NCBI GenBank assembly: GCA_907165135.1
Contig: OU015569.1
Coordinates: 8,184,001-8,248,000 of the forward strand
From: Oikopleura dioica
Taxonomy: Eukaryota > Animalia > Chordata
Length of the DNA stretch: 64,000 bases
Direction: 5' to 3'
This document shows positions 50,085 through 62,992 of the stretch, in pieces. Each line of letters begins with the position of its first letter. The stretch's first letter is position 1. Position numbers and translations under genes: made by a program. The notes under the pieces were generated by a model. The model did no database searches. It was not told the DNA's origin and worked only from the letters and a program-made list of their open reading frames with translations.

Positions 50085-52319
50085 ATAATTCACGCAATAT
50101 ATTGCTACGAGGCGTCTATTTCAAGTCTATTTGCTAACCTATCGGATAGGAGAACTCATAGCTAAGTGAATACTTAAATCAAGTCAGAAATTATTCATGC
50201 ACAAGTCGATTATATGGTCGGCTTACTCAAGTGTTTTGCGTGTAGAATCATCTGTAGGGGATATGATGTTAAATAATGACCTAATATGGTATTGATTTTC
50301 AGGTCTCACCGCTTCCCTCGTCATTTTCTGCTAAAGTTCAAGAGCCCTCAATCAGCAGTGATCAAGTGTTTGTGAACAAGGGTTTGAGCAAATCAGCTTC
50401 GGAGGTGGAAGACTCAGCTCTTCATTCCTCATTCACCGTTGATCCGGGTTCCCCTCAAGTTGACAGAGTTATATCCATCTAAAAATTCGTTATTTTTTTT
50501 ATTTATTGAATAAATCTGCTTGTTGAACCCATCCTCTGAGCCTGATGACAAAAATACCCTTCCTTCAAAATCGGATTCGACTATGTTTAACGAAATCGAG
50601 GTCTTGACAAATGCCCCTGTTTGTCGCACTGAATCGGGTTTTCAGTTTATGTCTGTTTCGTCAAGGCATGGGTTAATAATGCTTATTCTTAAGTGAAAGG
50701 ATTTTCCATTTGATACACCTATTAAAAGCTCTGACTACGTTTCAAACTCAGCAAGTATAAATCGGCTAGCTGCCTCTACATCTAATTCGGAATTCGTCCG
50801 GGAAGAAACAACGCTAAAAGAAGACCCGGAGAACGAAATGAATATTGAAACGAATAGTCTCAAGAAAGACAGGCAATCTCCACTCACCAAACAAGTTGAT
50901 TTTGGTAAGAACAAAGTTAGTAGCATATTCCCATGCATCTTAATTAGCGGTCAGGACGGAAGACGTGCATATCATTTCTCGTTATTAATATTGATCTGAA
51001 AAATTGGTATATTTTCGATTCTGAGTCATGCTTTTAGGGAGTCGACAGAACACAATCGACAGCCGGATGACTTTTGAATCTTTTTCACTTCCATCCTCGC
51101 CAAAAGGTAAACGATATCGAAAATTGCACCGACTCTCCATAAATTAATGAATTAAGAGGACTCACAACGGCTTAGTCAGCAGCAAAACTCACATTCTCAA
51201 ACAATCGACGAAAATACGACGAGAGAGGATCTCTGGTCTACACTTTGCAAAATACTTGGCACTTCTACTTTAGAGGAATCGCCGTCAAATGGTAGTCAAG
51301 GAAGGGCTTTTACCTCTGATTCTGGGAAAAATATTCATAATTTTATTTTGTTATTTTTTGAAAAGCAAGATGAATAAATTAGTAGAAGTAATATAGTAAT
51401 AACTATAGAAAGAATGTCGCAGTTCTTAAAAACGTGGTTTTTATGTAGGCTGAATTTACTGGCATACATTTTCTATTTACATCGTGATAAGAAAGCCCCT
51501 ACACGTTTCTGAAGGAAAATTACTTCCTCCGCTTCAGATTATTCCTATTTTACATATCGGTTCCCGATATAAAGTAAAACACAATAGTTGCACCAAATTG
51601 TTCAATAAAACTCACTATAGAAGTAGTTTTTGTAGCCTCTCCTCAGAGTCTCTTCTGCAAACTCCAACTGGCGCCGCAGCCGATGTGAAATTCGACGAAA
51701 ACACCCGAAAATTATTTATCTACCTCAGAAGCTTACTGCTTCATCTCAAATCACAGGGCGAAAAATTCGACGAAGTCGCTGATAAACTAATAGGAAAGGA
51801 TAGAAAGCCACCTTCTAACAAAATCGTCATTTGAAGAAAAATATTTGGCAATGAAATCCTAAAAGTGAGGATAAACTTGCTAGACAAAAATTCGAGCGAA
51901 GCACAGACCTCGCCAGAATTAGGACCGATGGTAAGTAACTATCAACGAATCGTTTTTCTACATGAGACGATTCATCAACTTTTAAATTTTAGCTGGCGAT
52001 GCTCCAGTTCAGCGAGTCAATGCGGCGCGTTTCCAAGTCGCTATTAGAAATCAGGAAATTTTGAACAATGATTTGAAAAATAATGATTCCTATTTCATGT
52101 TAACGAAATTCGAATTCAAATCAAAAAAGTGGCCTTCACGAAGAGAATTGATTATGAACACGAAAAAGACCCAATTCCCTGTAAAAAATTATTTGTACAA
52201 GAATAAAGCCTTATTTTTCATTGAAGCCCTGCTCAAATTTTGCCGCGCATATGACATTTGCAAGAAATCTTTTCAAAAAAAAAAACAAAAAAAAAATAAA
52301 TAAATTTAGAGCAAAAATC

Positions 52320-54230
52320 ATGACACGTTTCTGCTTCTTGCTGACTGCAAGTATTTTTACTTTTTTTGGAAGTTGTATTTTTGTGAAGTTAAAAAAACTA
52401 AAAAGAGAGGCTGAACTTCAGTTTGAAATAAATGAGGAGCAAGAGTTCTCCCCGAAGTGGGAAATGAGAGAAAATGGTTTAAAATGAATATTTCTTAATT
52501 TGAGAGACTCTTGAATGGAAAAAGGAAGGATCTAAATCATGAAAGAAGATAACACCACAATTCCGATCGCCGAGTATGACATTGCCCTGCATGGCAAAGT
52601 GAAAATCGACCTCCTTCTGGTCATTCCGTTTCAAGGAAAAACAATAGGAGGACGACCCTCGTCGGACGAGAACGTTTGGGACGGAGCAGCTATTCGCATG
52701 CTCCATCGTCAGTACTACAAACTGATGAAACGAACGAGTCGTTTTACTGTGCAGCCCCTTTTCGTCGCGGAAATCGGCTACCAGCAGCTAATAGCAAGGG
52801 GCTGATTTAATAATCTAAACAATATGTGTGAAATTTCAAGCCTTTCAAAGCCGAAGAAATGCAGAGATTCGGAGATATAATCATTTCGCCGAGTCCATCA
52901 GATTTCTTTTATACAATTTATCATCGTGCTCTTACGCTTGCAAATATTACCGAAACCGATTTTATTCTAATTGGAGGCCAGGAAATGGATTTTCCTTTTA
53001 TCTAAAATCTCTTGTTCGTAGTTAAATTAACTACAACCATACCCAGCCCGCCCGGGTCTTCTTATTTCGGAAAGGCACTGTATATGAAATATAGAAATAA
53101 GTCCAACTAAGAACGACATATTCGAATATGGCTTGATTGACAGACCAAAACAACTTCAAGAAAGTGGGTACCAGCTTATTTGCCCAGAACTTGGTGATTG
53201 TGGTAATTCTGGGGACTGTGTTCTGAAGATCACGAAAAATGCTAAATATCTAACTCGAAAGAACATGTCAAAAGAACACTGATACACTCGTCAATTTACT
53301 CGGAACTCCTTGGCAATCTTGATAAAGGACTGCAAAATGATGGAATCAAACAGATGATGAAACTATTACAATTAAATGGAAATATACGAAGTCATGTCGG
53401 CGAGAAACTCATCGGTTGGGCAATATTATTCGACATTAAATATCTCGATAGAGCATTTCAGAAAGCCAAAGCACATTGCTGCTACTTTCTTTGGTGGTAT
53501 CAAAGGAACGACTTTGCTTCCATCGCAATACAGAAAGAACAAGACAGGAACCGTTTCTTATAAGTTAGAAGATTTTTCTAATAATTGATATTCGAAATTC
53601 CTAAAAGTTGAACTTTACGATTACCCATGGGTTGTCGAAAAGGACAATGAAGTTGTGAGCATTGTCGTGTCTGAAACACAAAAGTCCATTTTCCGCGAAG
53701 TGAGTCGCTGCTCGAAGAAGATGCATCAAATTGAACTAGCAGATGGCTTTGAAGATGTGGCTTGATAGCGTCCGATTCATAATAATTATGATAAAAATGA
53801 CTCCTAATCAAGCCATAAGAACGCGTGCAGATTGCCTTGGGAGCGATGAAGGCTTTTCTCAATAGCGATGCCAGATACGTGACGCTCTCATACGGCCAGA
53901 TCGCCGATTGCTTCGACTTCCAAGATGAGAACAAATCAGCAGTGATGAAAACGCAAGAAACTTTTTCCTACGCCAGACCAAATTACTTTCAGTAAGTAAA
54001 ATTTCCATTCCGTCTTCTAATTTTTAGCAAAAATTTCATCGACATATCAGCCTGGCCGCCGGAACACTCGGTGCCTGAACAAAGTAAACTACCAACTTAT
54101 CTGAATCGCCGAGCCGTAAAATTATTAGTCCAAGTTGCAGAACATGTAGACGTCGGTGCCCTTACGAGTATTCAATTTGTCATAACTGGTCTTTTACGTG
54201 AAATCGCTCAAATAAAGTTCACAATTGAAT
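52320..54230 (+). CDS. Hypothetical type II membrane protein(s)
   Basis: N-terminal anchor MTRFCFLLTASIFTFFGSCIFV, followed by several coding-like exons including ERVQIALGAMKAFLNSDARYV; model unresolved. Confidence 0.3.
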
Positions 54231-54435
54231 GAAAACTTCACTATTTTCCCAATCAAAGAATAGACGACCGTTTAAGAAATGAGAGCAAAATAAAAGATAA
54301 AGATAATCATAATTTTGGCAACTATCGCAGCAGAGAGATTGAGTTGTTTTTGTCGTTTTTTCGCACATTGGCGGTTCGTGCGGGCCTTGCTGATCTTTGA
54401 TCGCCTACGAGATAGACTAAGAAAGAGATAGAAGG

Positions 54436-56211
54436 ATGATCGTCAACGCTTTGTCGAAGAGGACGTTTAAACATTTAGCGTCCCTCGAAGGCCTAATTGG
54501 CAAGGCAAATGTTTCTGCTGGACAATCAACTTTATATCTAGTAAGTATTTTTGATACTCACCGGGAGTCTACGGCGTTGACTAAAATACTCACATTCAGA
54601 AGCTCACTTCATTTAACCCCTTTAACATTTCCGAAATAGCTTCTTTCACTCTTAAAAATAATCGTTTCCGTATTAGCATTCGCACGACGAGTCCTATCAT
54701 CGCACAAGAGCGCCCGATGCTGTTGTTTTCCCAACGTGCACAGAGGACGTGGCCAAAGTCGCAAAATATTGCTATGATAACGAACTGCCGATCATTCCCT
54801 TCGGGCTTGGTTCTGGATTTGAAGGTGGAATAACAGCTCCTGCAGGCGGAGTTTCCGTGTCGATGGCAAAGATGAACAAAGTTGTAAAAGTTGACACTGA
54901 AGATTTCGTAGCTGTTGTTCAGCCGGGAGTTTGTCGCCTCGCGTTGAATGAATATATCAGGCAACAACAATAAATGTCAAAACTCGCTTTAAATAGTTTT
55001 CAGGGATACAGGATTAATCTTTCCTATTGATCCTGGAGCGGATGCAACAATAGGAGGCATGTGCTCCACATCCGCTTCAGGAACGGCAGCAGTTCGATAC
55101 GGAACAATGAAAGAAAACACCATCAATTTAGAGGTTGTTCTTTCCGATGGGCGAATAATTCATACTGGTGGCCCTGGTCGTCACTTCCAGAAGTCTTCGG
55201 CTGGTTTCAACCTTACAGAACTCCTTGTCGGCTCAGAAGGAACTCTCGGAATTATAACACAGGTGCCGGCGATCTTATTATTTTTTTTTTGGCAAATATG
55301 TTTACTCAGGCAACTGTTCGACTTCATGCTGCCCCAGAATATCTTCATGCTCTCATAGCAACGTTTGAGACAATCGAAGATTCGCTGGCTTGTGCTAATC
55401 TTGTGTTACAAAATGGTGTCCCTGTTGGGAGAATGGAGTTCGTAGATCCCAAGTCGATAGATGTTATTAATAAGCACTCGAATTTGGAAAACGATGTCAA
55501 ACCGACTCTCTTCTTTGAACTCATCGGAAGTCCTGCCTCAGTCCAAGAACAACTAGAAACTGTGAAGGTACGTGTTGATTAGATCCGTAACGCTTATCAT
55601 ATTTCTTTTTGAAGTGGTGTCTAGAAGAAAATAATGTTTTGTCGATGAAAGAAACAGCGGATCCTGAAGAAAGAAAGACTCTTTGGAAAGCCCGACACAT
55701 GGCGTATTATGCAAGTACGAAAACGTTACCAAGTCATAGTCATTAAATATTCACATTAAGCCTTGGGCCAATGCCGTCCTGGACAACAAGGATATTCCAC
55801 CGATGCATGTGTTCCGCAATCAAAGCTCACAGAAATGATTCTCTCAGCAAAGGAGTACATTGCGGAATCGAAATTTTCCAAAGACACCGCCATAATAATA
55901 GGCCACGTTGGCGATGGTAACTTTCACATATTCACGGGAGTTGATCCTTCTAGCGAAGAAGAGATTCAGGACATACGAGAACTAGCTAGGTTCGAAAAAG
56001 ATGTTGACTTGATTTGACAGTTTTTATCAGGAAAGTTGCCAATAAGGCGCTTGAACTTGGCGGTACTTGTACGGGCGAGCACGGAATCGGACTCGGCAAA
56101 AAGCAATTTCTTGTTGACGAAAAAGGCCACGATGTCGTAGAATTGATGAAATCAATCAAAAACGTATTTGATCCGAAGAATATTATGAACCCCGGAAAGA
56201 TATTCTTTTAA
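54436..56211 (+). CDS. LDHD: Mitochondrial FAD-linked D-lactate dehydrogenase
   Basis: HSHDESYH...[77 protein letters not shown]. Confidence 0.95.
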
Positions 56212-56461
56212 AATGCTCACTCTGATTGAACACTTTATGTAATCTCTGTAAATACATAGATTCTACTATAAAACAGAAAGTATCATTCTGTTTTCAATCT
56301 ATTTTTCCGACGAGTTAGCTTCAGCTGAGATTTATGTATATTTTTTGGGAAGGATGATTTTGCACCGCCGCCGGGCGCAGCAAGATGGATTTGAGAAAGA
56401 TAAAGTGGCACCGGACTAAAACCAGTCGGTACGATCAACAAGGGTTTCTCTCCTTCAGCTG

Positions 56462-58127
56462 ATGCGAACTGTCCATATAAAGGACCAAAATCGCTTTTGG
56501 CCATTTATTTTTCTTGGAATCGGCCTCTACCTAGTCCAGAGACTTGTTTTCCATCATGCTTACTCGGAAGAGAAAAATCTCAAGCTTTGGAAATCGATGG
56601 ACTCAGGTATTATTCTTTTTTAGTTTTTATAAGGAGAAATCTTTTTAATAGAAACTCGAAAAGTGATATTCCAACTACGCAAAATTGCAGATCAAGGAGA
56701 ATCCACGGAAGATGAGGATATGACCGACATTGATGACGACGTCGACTTTGAAGATAGTGACAGGGAGCAAAAACTCGTAGGAGACCCGAAGATAATTTCT
56801 CAGCTGGCTTCTATGCAAGGCCGAGAGCTAGAAAGCAAACTCATCTCAGACTCAACAAAAAAGTCTGTCCTGATGCTTGGAGAATTCAAATCAGGGGCGA
56901 ATTTCGTCAGCCAGGTACTTTCCATAGATTATAAAAGATACTGAGAGAATTGAAAATTTGAAGAATTTTAATTTCAGATAATAAACCAAAGATCAGACGC
57001 TCTGTATTTATTCGAACCTCTGTCACCCTTCGGAACTTCATGCAACAAAGAAAAAGAAGTGAAGACGCACGTCTTATATCAGCTCAATAAGTGTAAATTC
57101 CCGAATCAGGAGGAAATCTTTGCGAAGCGCGGAAATAGGAATGGCCTACAATAGTTAATTTTATAGCTGTATAAAACTATTGAAAAGCCAAATTAAGCAA
57201 ATCATGGACGGCGTCGATTTGTACAGACCATCGCATTTGCTTCCGACATCGTTCGCGAGCATTAATTCGGCCACCTTTTTGCAAAAAGCCCTTTCCCAAT
57301 GAAGACAAGCTCAAACAAGCAGAAGCGCTTAGTAAGTGTGGCCCAGTAAATATCCGGACAGCCGAGGAATACTGCCAAGACGCGGCAATCGTTGGCGCAA
57401 AAGTTCATCGAATATGTGATTTTGAGGAAGTTAAAAATCTCGCCTCTAATCCAAACGCTGACTGGAAGTTCATCTTTGTTGTTCGAGATCCACGTGCTAT
57501 ATTTGCGTCTTTAGGTAAGCCTTTTCGAAAGATTCGAATCGTTGACGAGATGGTCGTTACTGTCATTAAAAATTTTGAATGATAAAATTAAGAACATGCA
57601 AAGTCTGAGTCCGGGAAAATTGAGACTCTTTGCAACCAGCTGAACGCAAACATGAACTACCTTCTTAATCCCACTAGCTCAAATTGGATAAAAAAGAAAC
57701 TTTTGATAATCCGTTTCGAAGATTTACTTCTCAAAAGTAAGTCATTTTTACTAAAGAGAGATCATAAAGCTGAACGTAGAAAAATCTGTGATCAACAACA
57801 CTAACCAATTCCTCGGACTTGACGCGTCAGAGGATGTAAGCAATTGGTTCGACGCGAACACGAAAGACACTCTCAACAACTGGAAAACTAGACTTTCTTC
57901 TTCTCAACGTAAGTGCGCATTCTTAGTTGGAGGTCGTTGGTAAAGATAAAAAAAAAATAACGAGTATCACTTTAGTTCAAGAAGTACAAAAGCGCTGTGC
58001 CACTGCTATGAGTTATCTAGGCTACAAACATATCGCTGCAAAAGCTGTCAAATCATCTTCTACCGAAGAAACTCTTGCCACAAACTGGCCGCAATCAACT
58101 GCCACAACTGTTAACGAGAAATTGTGA
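56462..58127 (+). CDS. Golgi carbohydrate 6-O-sulfotransferase-like (CHST1/3 family)
   Basis: TM FWPFIFLGIGLYLV; 5'-PSB-like LGEFKSGANFVSQ; LYLFEPL; 3'-PB FVVRDPRAIFAS; IRFEDL. Confidence 0.82.
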
Positions 58128-58366
58128 ATACAATTATTTATTTTATTTAAAATAAACCTTTTATATACCTCAACTGTCATTTTCTTTCAACCAAATGTAT
58201 GCCATTGGTGCAACTGCGGAAGAAAGCCCTTTGTCGCTATCTAGCAGTATCGGGAGAAACGTTTCCTATGCAAGCAGGATCCTGGTGGCGCACTTTAGCG
58301 TGGCGTTTTGTATAAAACGCGCATATTCCTTAGCTTTATCATTAAAGCATTTTAAGATACATTAAA

Positions 58367-59475
58367 ATGGTAAGAAAAAAGAGACTATCAAACATTCGAT
58401 TTAGACTATGGTCCATATTATGGACGCCATAATCTATGAAAATCTTCAGCATTTTTATTGAATTTCTAAAGACAACTTTCAGAAACTCTCGCTGTCGTTC
58501 GTCGCTTTCGCAAGTGCAACCAGCTTTAAGGAGCTGTACACGAATAAAGTGCAGCGAAATATCGTCGGAGAATGGGTTGATAAAAACCTGTCCGGCGGAC
58601 GACACAGACGACAAACTGATGCCTCGAAGTTTACTCCACTGGCAGCGATGATCGCTTATATGCAAGGCGAAGGAGAAGTAAGCCAGAACCCTCTCGATCA
58701 AAACATGGACGAGACTCTTCAAGCTATCGAAGCGAAATACACGAATTATGGATGCTACTGCTGGAGAAACGGGGTCAAGAGCTTGGAAGACTTCACAGCA
58801 GGCTCGGGAAATGCAGATATGATTGATACAGCTTGTACTACACTTTATAGGTGAGTCGAATGCTAATTTTCGATTTAAAAAATAATATTTGAAGATGTTA
58901 CACGTGCATCGGAATGGATTACGGAAAAACATACAAAGATTTGGAGTACACGGCTGTCTTCACGACTGACGCTGACGGAAACAGGAAAATCGACTGCACT
59001 GGTAACGCTCAAAGCGATGGCGAGCATGTTTGTCAATGCGACGCTAAGTTTGCCGAAACTTTGGAATTCAACCGCCAGCAGTGCCAGGTAAACTTCCTAA
59101 AGCTACTTTAAATCTAATATTATTTTTCTAAGGCTGGTATTGCCCACCAGAGTGGCAAAGGATACTGTGTGGATGAGCAGTATCGAACATCAACTGGCGG
59201 CGGAAGCTATGAATGTCCAAAACTTGCGCCTCGAAATATTGTTAAAGAGAAGTGTTGCGGTCTTTACCCGAATAGGCGAAGTTATTCTATTGACAAGCAA
59301 TGCTGCCGGATGAGGTAAACTTAAATGCTATCTTAAATTTCTATCAATTTATTTAAGCGCCTTTGATGGCGAGGGAAATCCATTCGACGTTTTTGAAATT
59401 AAGGCAAGCGGAACTTGCTCTGGAACAGTGGTGGAGAGCGAAGACGGAAACCCACATAACTATATCGCTGTTTAG
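58367..59475 (+). CDS. Second secreted PLA2-fold protein, catalytic His-Asp lost
   Basis: Signal peptide MKLSLSFVAFASA; RHRR furin-like site; NYGCYC...DMIDTACTTLYRCYTC; CQCDAKFAE; KCCGLYPNRRSY...KQCC. Confidence 0.78.
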
Positions 59476-60208
59476 GTTCCTATCCACTCTTACTGTACAT
59501 ATATTCTCCAAAAAAATAAAGCAAAAAGCAAAAAAATGCTCTTTGAAAATGAGTTTTTGAAAGCTTATTCTTAGTTAGCAAGATTAATAGATTTTGACAA
59601 GGTGACACTCGTAGGTGAACTTCAGGCGTTAAATACGGGCTTCGCCAATGTATTAAAGTGATAAATTTCATTAAAAGAGAGGGCACATATGGACCTTTGT
59701 CAAACGAAGAAAGAAAAAAGTTTCATGGATAAGAAAGTCCCTCAGCCTTGCAAGTCTGTGGTCAGAATAAGATACTGTAAAAAGTATGAATTTACTTTTG
59801 AAGCACTGTGAAAGGTTTTATTATAATAAGCAAATTATGCATTGATTTGAATAAGAACCTTACAATAGATGTCGAAATTAAGAAGATTCGAGGAGTTTGT
59901 TGATATTCGTCTTGAAGAAAACGAAGTCAACTGCTGCTTCGATTTGTCAATTAATGAGTTTCTTTATCACGACTCTTCAACGAAGAAAATACCTAGCGTT
60001 GATGCTCTGGACAAGTTTGCTGTTGTCGTAGAAAATGCTCTGATTGAAAATGGAATCAGATTTTTAGATTTTTAGAAATGTATTTCCAATAAATAGTCTC
60101 TCAAATTAGTTGCTATTTGCTTTATTTATAAGACGAAACAAAATTTTGAATCACTGTTCAAGTGATTTTTAATCAAAAATGTACAGGAAGGTCCATTTGC
60201 TTGGGGAA

Positions 60209-61514
60209 TCATCGACGACCTTCGGCAAATTTCTTTCCTTTCTTCGCGAGCTCCATGAGTAGACCCTCCTTTTCGGTGATGATTGGCAACTTGGAGATCG
60301 AGAAGTTCTGAGATATACTTAAATTGTATGGAAGATGATATTTGGACTTACCGTTGCGGCAGCAAATTTTTGTTTGGTGGCGGTGTACTTTTTAGAGTGC
60401 GCACCAAAATGGGCCATAAAGAGACATTTCGCCAACAGATTGGTCACATTTTCTAGGTCCGCGCCAGAGTACGTCGAGGTGTGCTCTAGGATGGGCAACC
60501 ACTCTCCCTCGCTGATCAGCTTGATAGAGAGCCATAAAGCACCTGCGGCCACTAAGGACGGCTTCATGCTCGCCAGGTCGTAGTCCATCAAAGCAAGTTC
60601 GCACAAATACTAGAATCCAGGTTTGTCATCTGACACGATTGATAACGCCTACCTTTGACATCGTGTATTCTTTAGGGTCGATGGTGTCCTCGACGACTCT
60701 TGCGAATCGTCTTAGGAACTCAAGCGAGTAGGCGACGGATAGATCGCAATCCAGGCGACCAAGAACTTCGAGCTCCATGTCTTTTATATCGTCTGAAATT
60801 GGTTTTATTTTCTCGAAGCTACTAATTTTGCTACCTGTCGAGTAAGCCCTGTCACAGACGTAAACGAAGTCGCTGAGAGATGGTGAGTAGATCTCTTCAT
60901 TTTTTGATGCAAGCATCATGCATGCGATGCCGATCAACTGCATTTTCGACTTCTCAACGGTCTCCGTGCGCTGGAGATAGCGATCCATGTACGCGACGGT
61001 TAGGAAGAGCGTGTCGTTGAGGAGCCGGAATCGCCGCGCCACTTGCACCATCCAATCGATAAGAATCAGACGCATTTTGGGCGAGGCGCTTTGCCCATGG
61101 TGAGCGAGAAAATTCGGTCGCACTTCTTTCGAGTGCTCCAAGAAGCGCAAGTATCCGTAGACTTGTTCTACGTGGTCTTTGCACCACTTTTCATCGGACT
61201 TAAATTGAGTTGGCCACAATTATCCCTTGTTTTGATGTTACCTCATCCATGACCTCAATTTTCTTGAGCTGATCTGCCAAAGCTAGCGATCCAGCGTCAT
61301 TTGCTTCCCAGGTCATTTCCTCGACATTCTCTTTCGGAGTTGTCTCGCAAGGTTGGGCGACCTTCACAGGACCCGTCTCTTGGATGTTTACATCCCGGTT
61401 GAGAGCTGAATATATACGCATTTATCACTTTTTATCAAAGTCTATCCAAGAGATACTCGCATCAGAAATTACATTTCTTTTCTTACCTTGAAGTTGCTCT
61501 CGGTTAGTATTCAT
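60209..61514 (-). CDS. CCNB: B-type cyclin
   Basis: D-box-like REQLQALN; cyclin box MRLILIDWMVQV...TLFLTVAYMDRYL, KMQLIGIACMMLASKNEEIY; YLCELALMDY; PSLVAAGAL. Confidence 0.9.
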
Positions 61515-61771
61515 CTCGACGAAAAACTGCTCACGACAAATGGACTTAACGGAATTCAAAATGTTTTCTCGCAAGTGCGAATCTCAGATTTTACAGATGG
61601 CTTTTATACGGTTCCTTTCCGGCACCGTCAAATCACGCCACCACGAACGAGCCACCTTGAAAAAAAAACCGTTGTCGAACGCCCTGCGAAAATAATATGC
61701 GCGCGCCTGCCGTTTTTCCATGAACACGATTAACTTCATCCGGTTTTATTATTATTATCGATATTTCCATA

Positions 61772-62992
61772 TTAAGAAACAGTAGTTGTATTGGTTTTTC
61801 GGGAAATTCGTGACAACTGAAAGGACGGGTTTATAATTCCCTTGAATTTGGATTTGAACTCGTTACTTCTCCAGACATATACTAATCCATTCGAAATTGA
61901 ATTCCCAAGGATAAAGAACAGGGCGATGAGGCCAAGTTCTTTTGAGCGATTAAAAAATATTGCAAAGAAAGCAGGCATTATCCCAATAGCTAAGATTGCC
62001 ACCATCTGAATAAGAGTCATCGCGAGTTTGGCCGATTTCGATTGCTTTTGTCCGTTTTGGAAATATGTGCGTTATTTGTTTTTAATCAAAAATTGCTCTT
62101 TATTTATCGAAAACATAACTGAGCTCCACTATCAAGTTGTTTTAATCTGCTGCGTGTTCGTTTATAAGTCAGATAGACGCCAAAATTAGCAATGATGACA
62201 AAAACCAAAGGCACCAGCATTGAGACCGCATAAGTTATCATCGCTATGTCTACTAAAGGTTTAGGTGTCTGCTCATTTCAATTGTCGTAAAATCTACTCT
62301 TCAGCCCTAATCTTGTCCTGTTGCGCCAAGGACAATTAGCCCTAGCGAGTGGCGAAAGAATGCCTTCTGCTGAATAAGAACAACGGTTACAGCCGAGAAA
62401 ATTAGCCAAATCAACGATATTGATATTATTGAGAAATTCTTCATCTTTTTAACACTGAACGTAAAAGAGCGAAGAACAAGAAATCGCTCGATCGAATGAA
62501 ATGTCAGCGAATAAATTGAAATCGAGATTGCGCAGAACATTGCACCACCAAGTGTCTGCCTCAAGAGTGCATTACTCTCTTCTCTTCCTATGGCGCTTTC
62601 TTATCAATCTTGTTAATTATCTTCTTGCTATAGTTCTGTACCTTGTCGGCTTACGCTTCCCCTAGTCTCGAGTCTCTGAAGGACAAGTCCCTTAAGATAT
62701 ATGAAACCAACAAAGGAATATAAATGATTCCGATGAGCAAGTCAGCAGCAGAAGTAGAAAGCTTGAAGTTATAGACGTAGTTTTTGCGCATCCTCCTAGA
62801 GCTCATGTAGATATAAAGAATAAGTCCATTGACGAATAAAATTGCAAGTGCCAGCAACGATAATAAAGCCAAAATAACAATGACAGTCGTCTTTGCTTCT
62901 GTAGTTAGGCACTGCTGGAAAGCGTTGAATTCTTTCGTAACTGAGCTATCGAAAATACAGTCTTGTAGATCGTTGAAAGGGATAAAATCCAT
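61772..62992 (-). CDS. Class A (rhodopsin-like) GPCR, orphan
   Basis: TM1 LAILFVNGLIL, TM2 STSAADLLIG, TM3 SIERF (DRY-like), TM7 NSISNGLVY followed by helix 8 EFKSKF. Confidence 0.8.

Noticed and set aside
59560-60075. Small gene between PLA2-like 2 and cyclin B
   Set aside because: Short coding-like fragments exist, but no consistent exon chain or homology could be supported.
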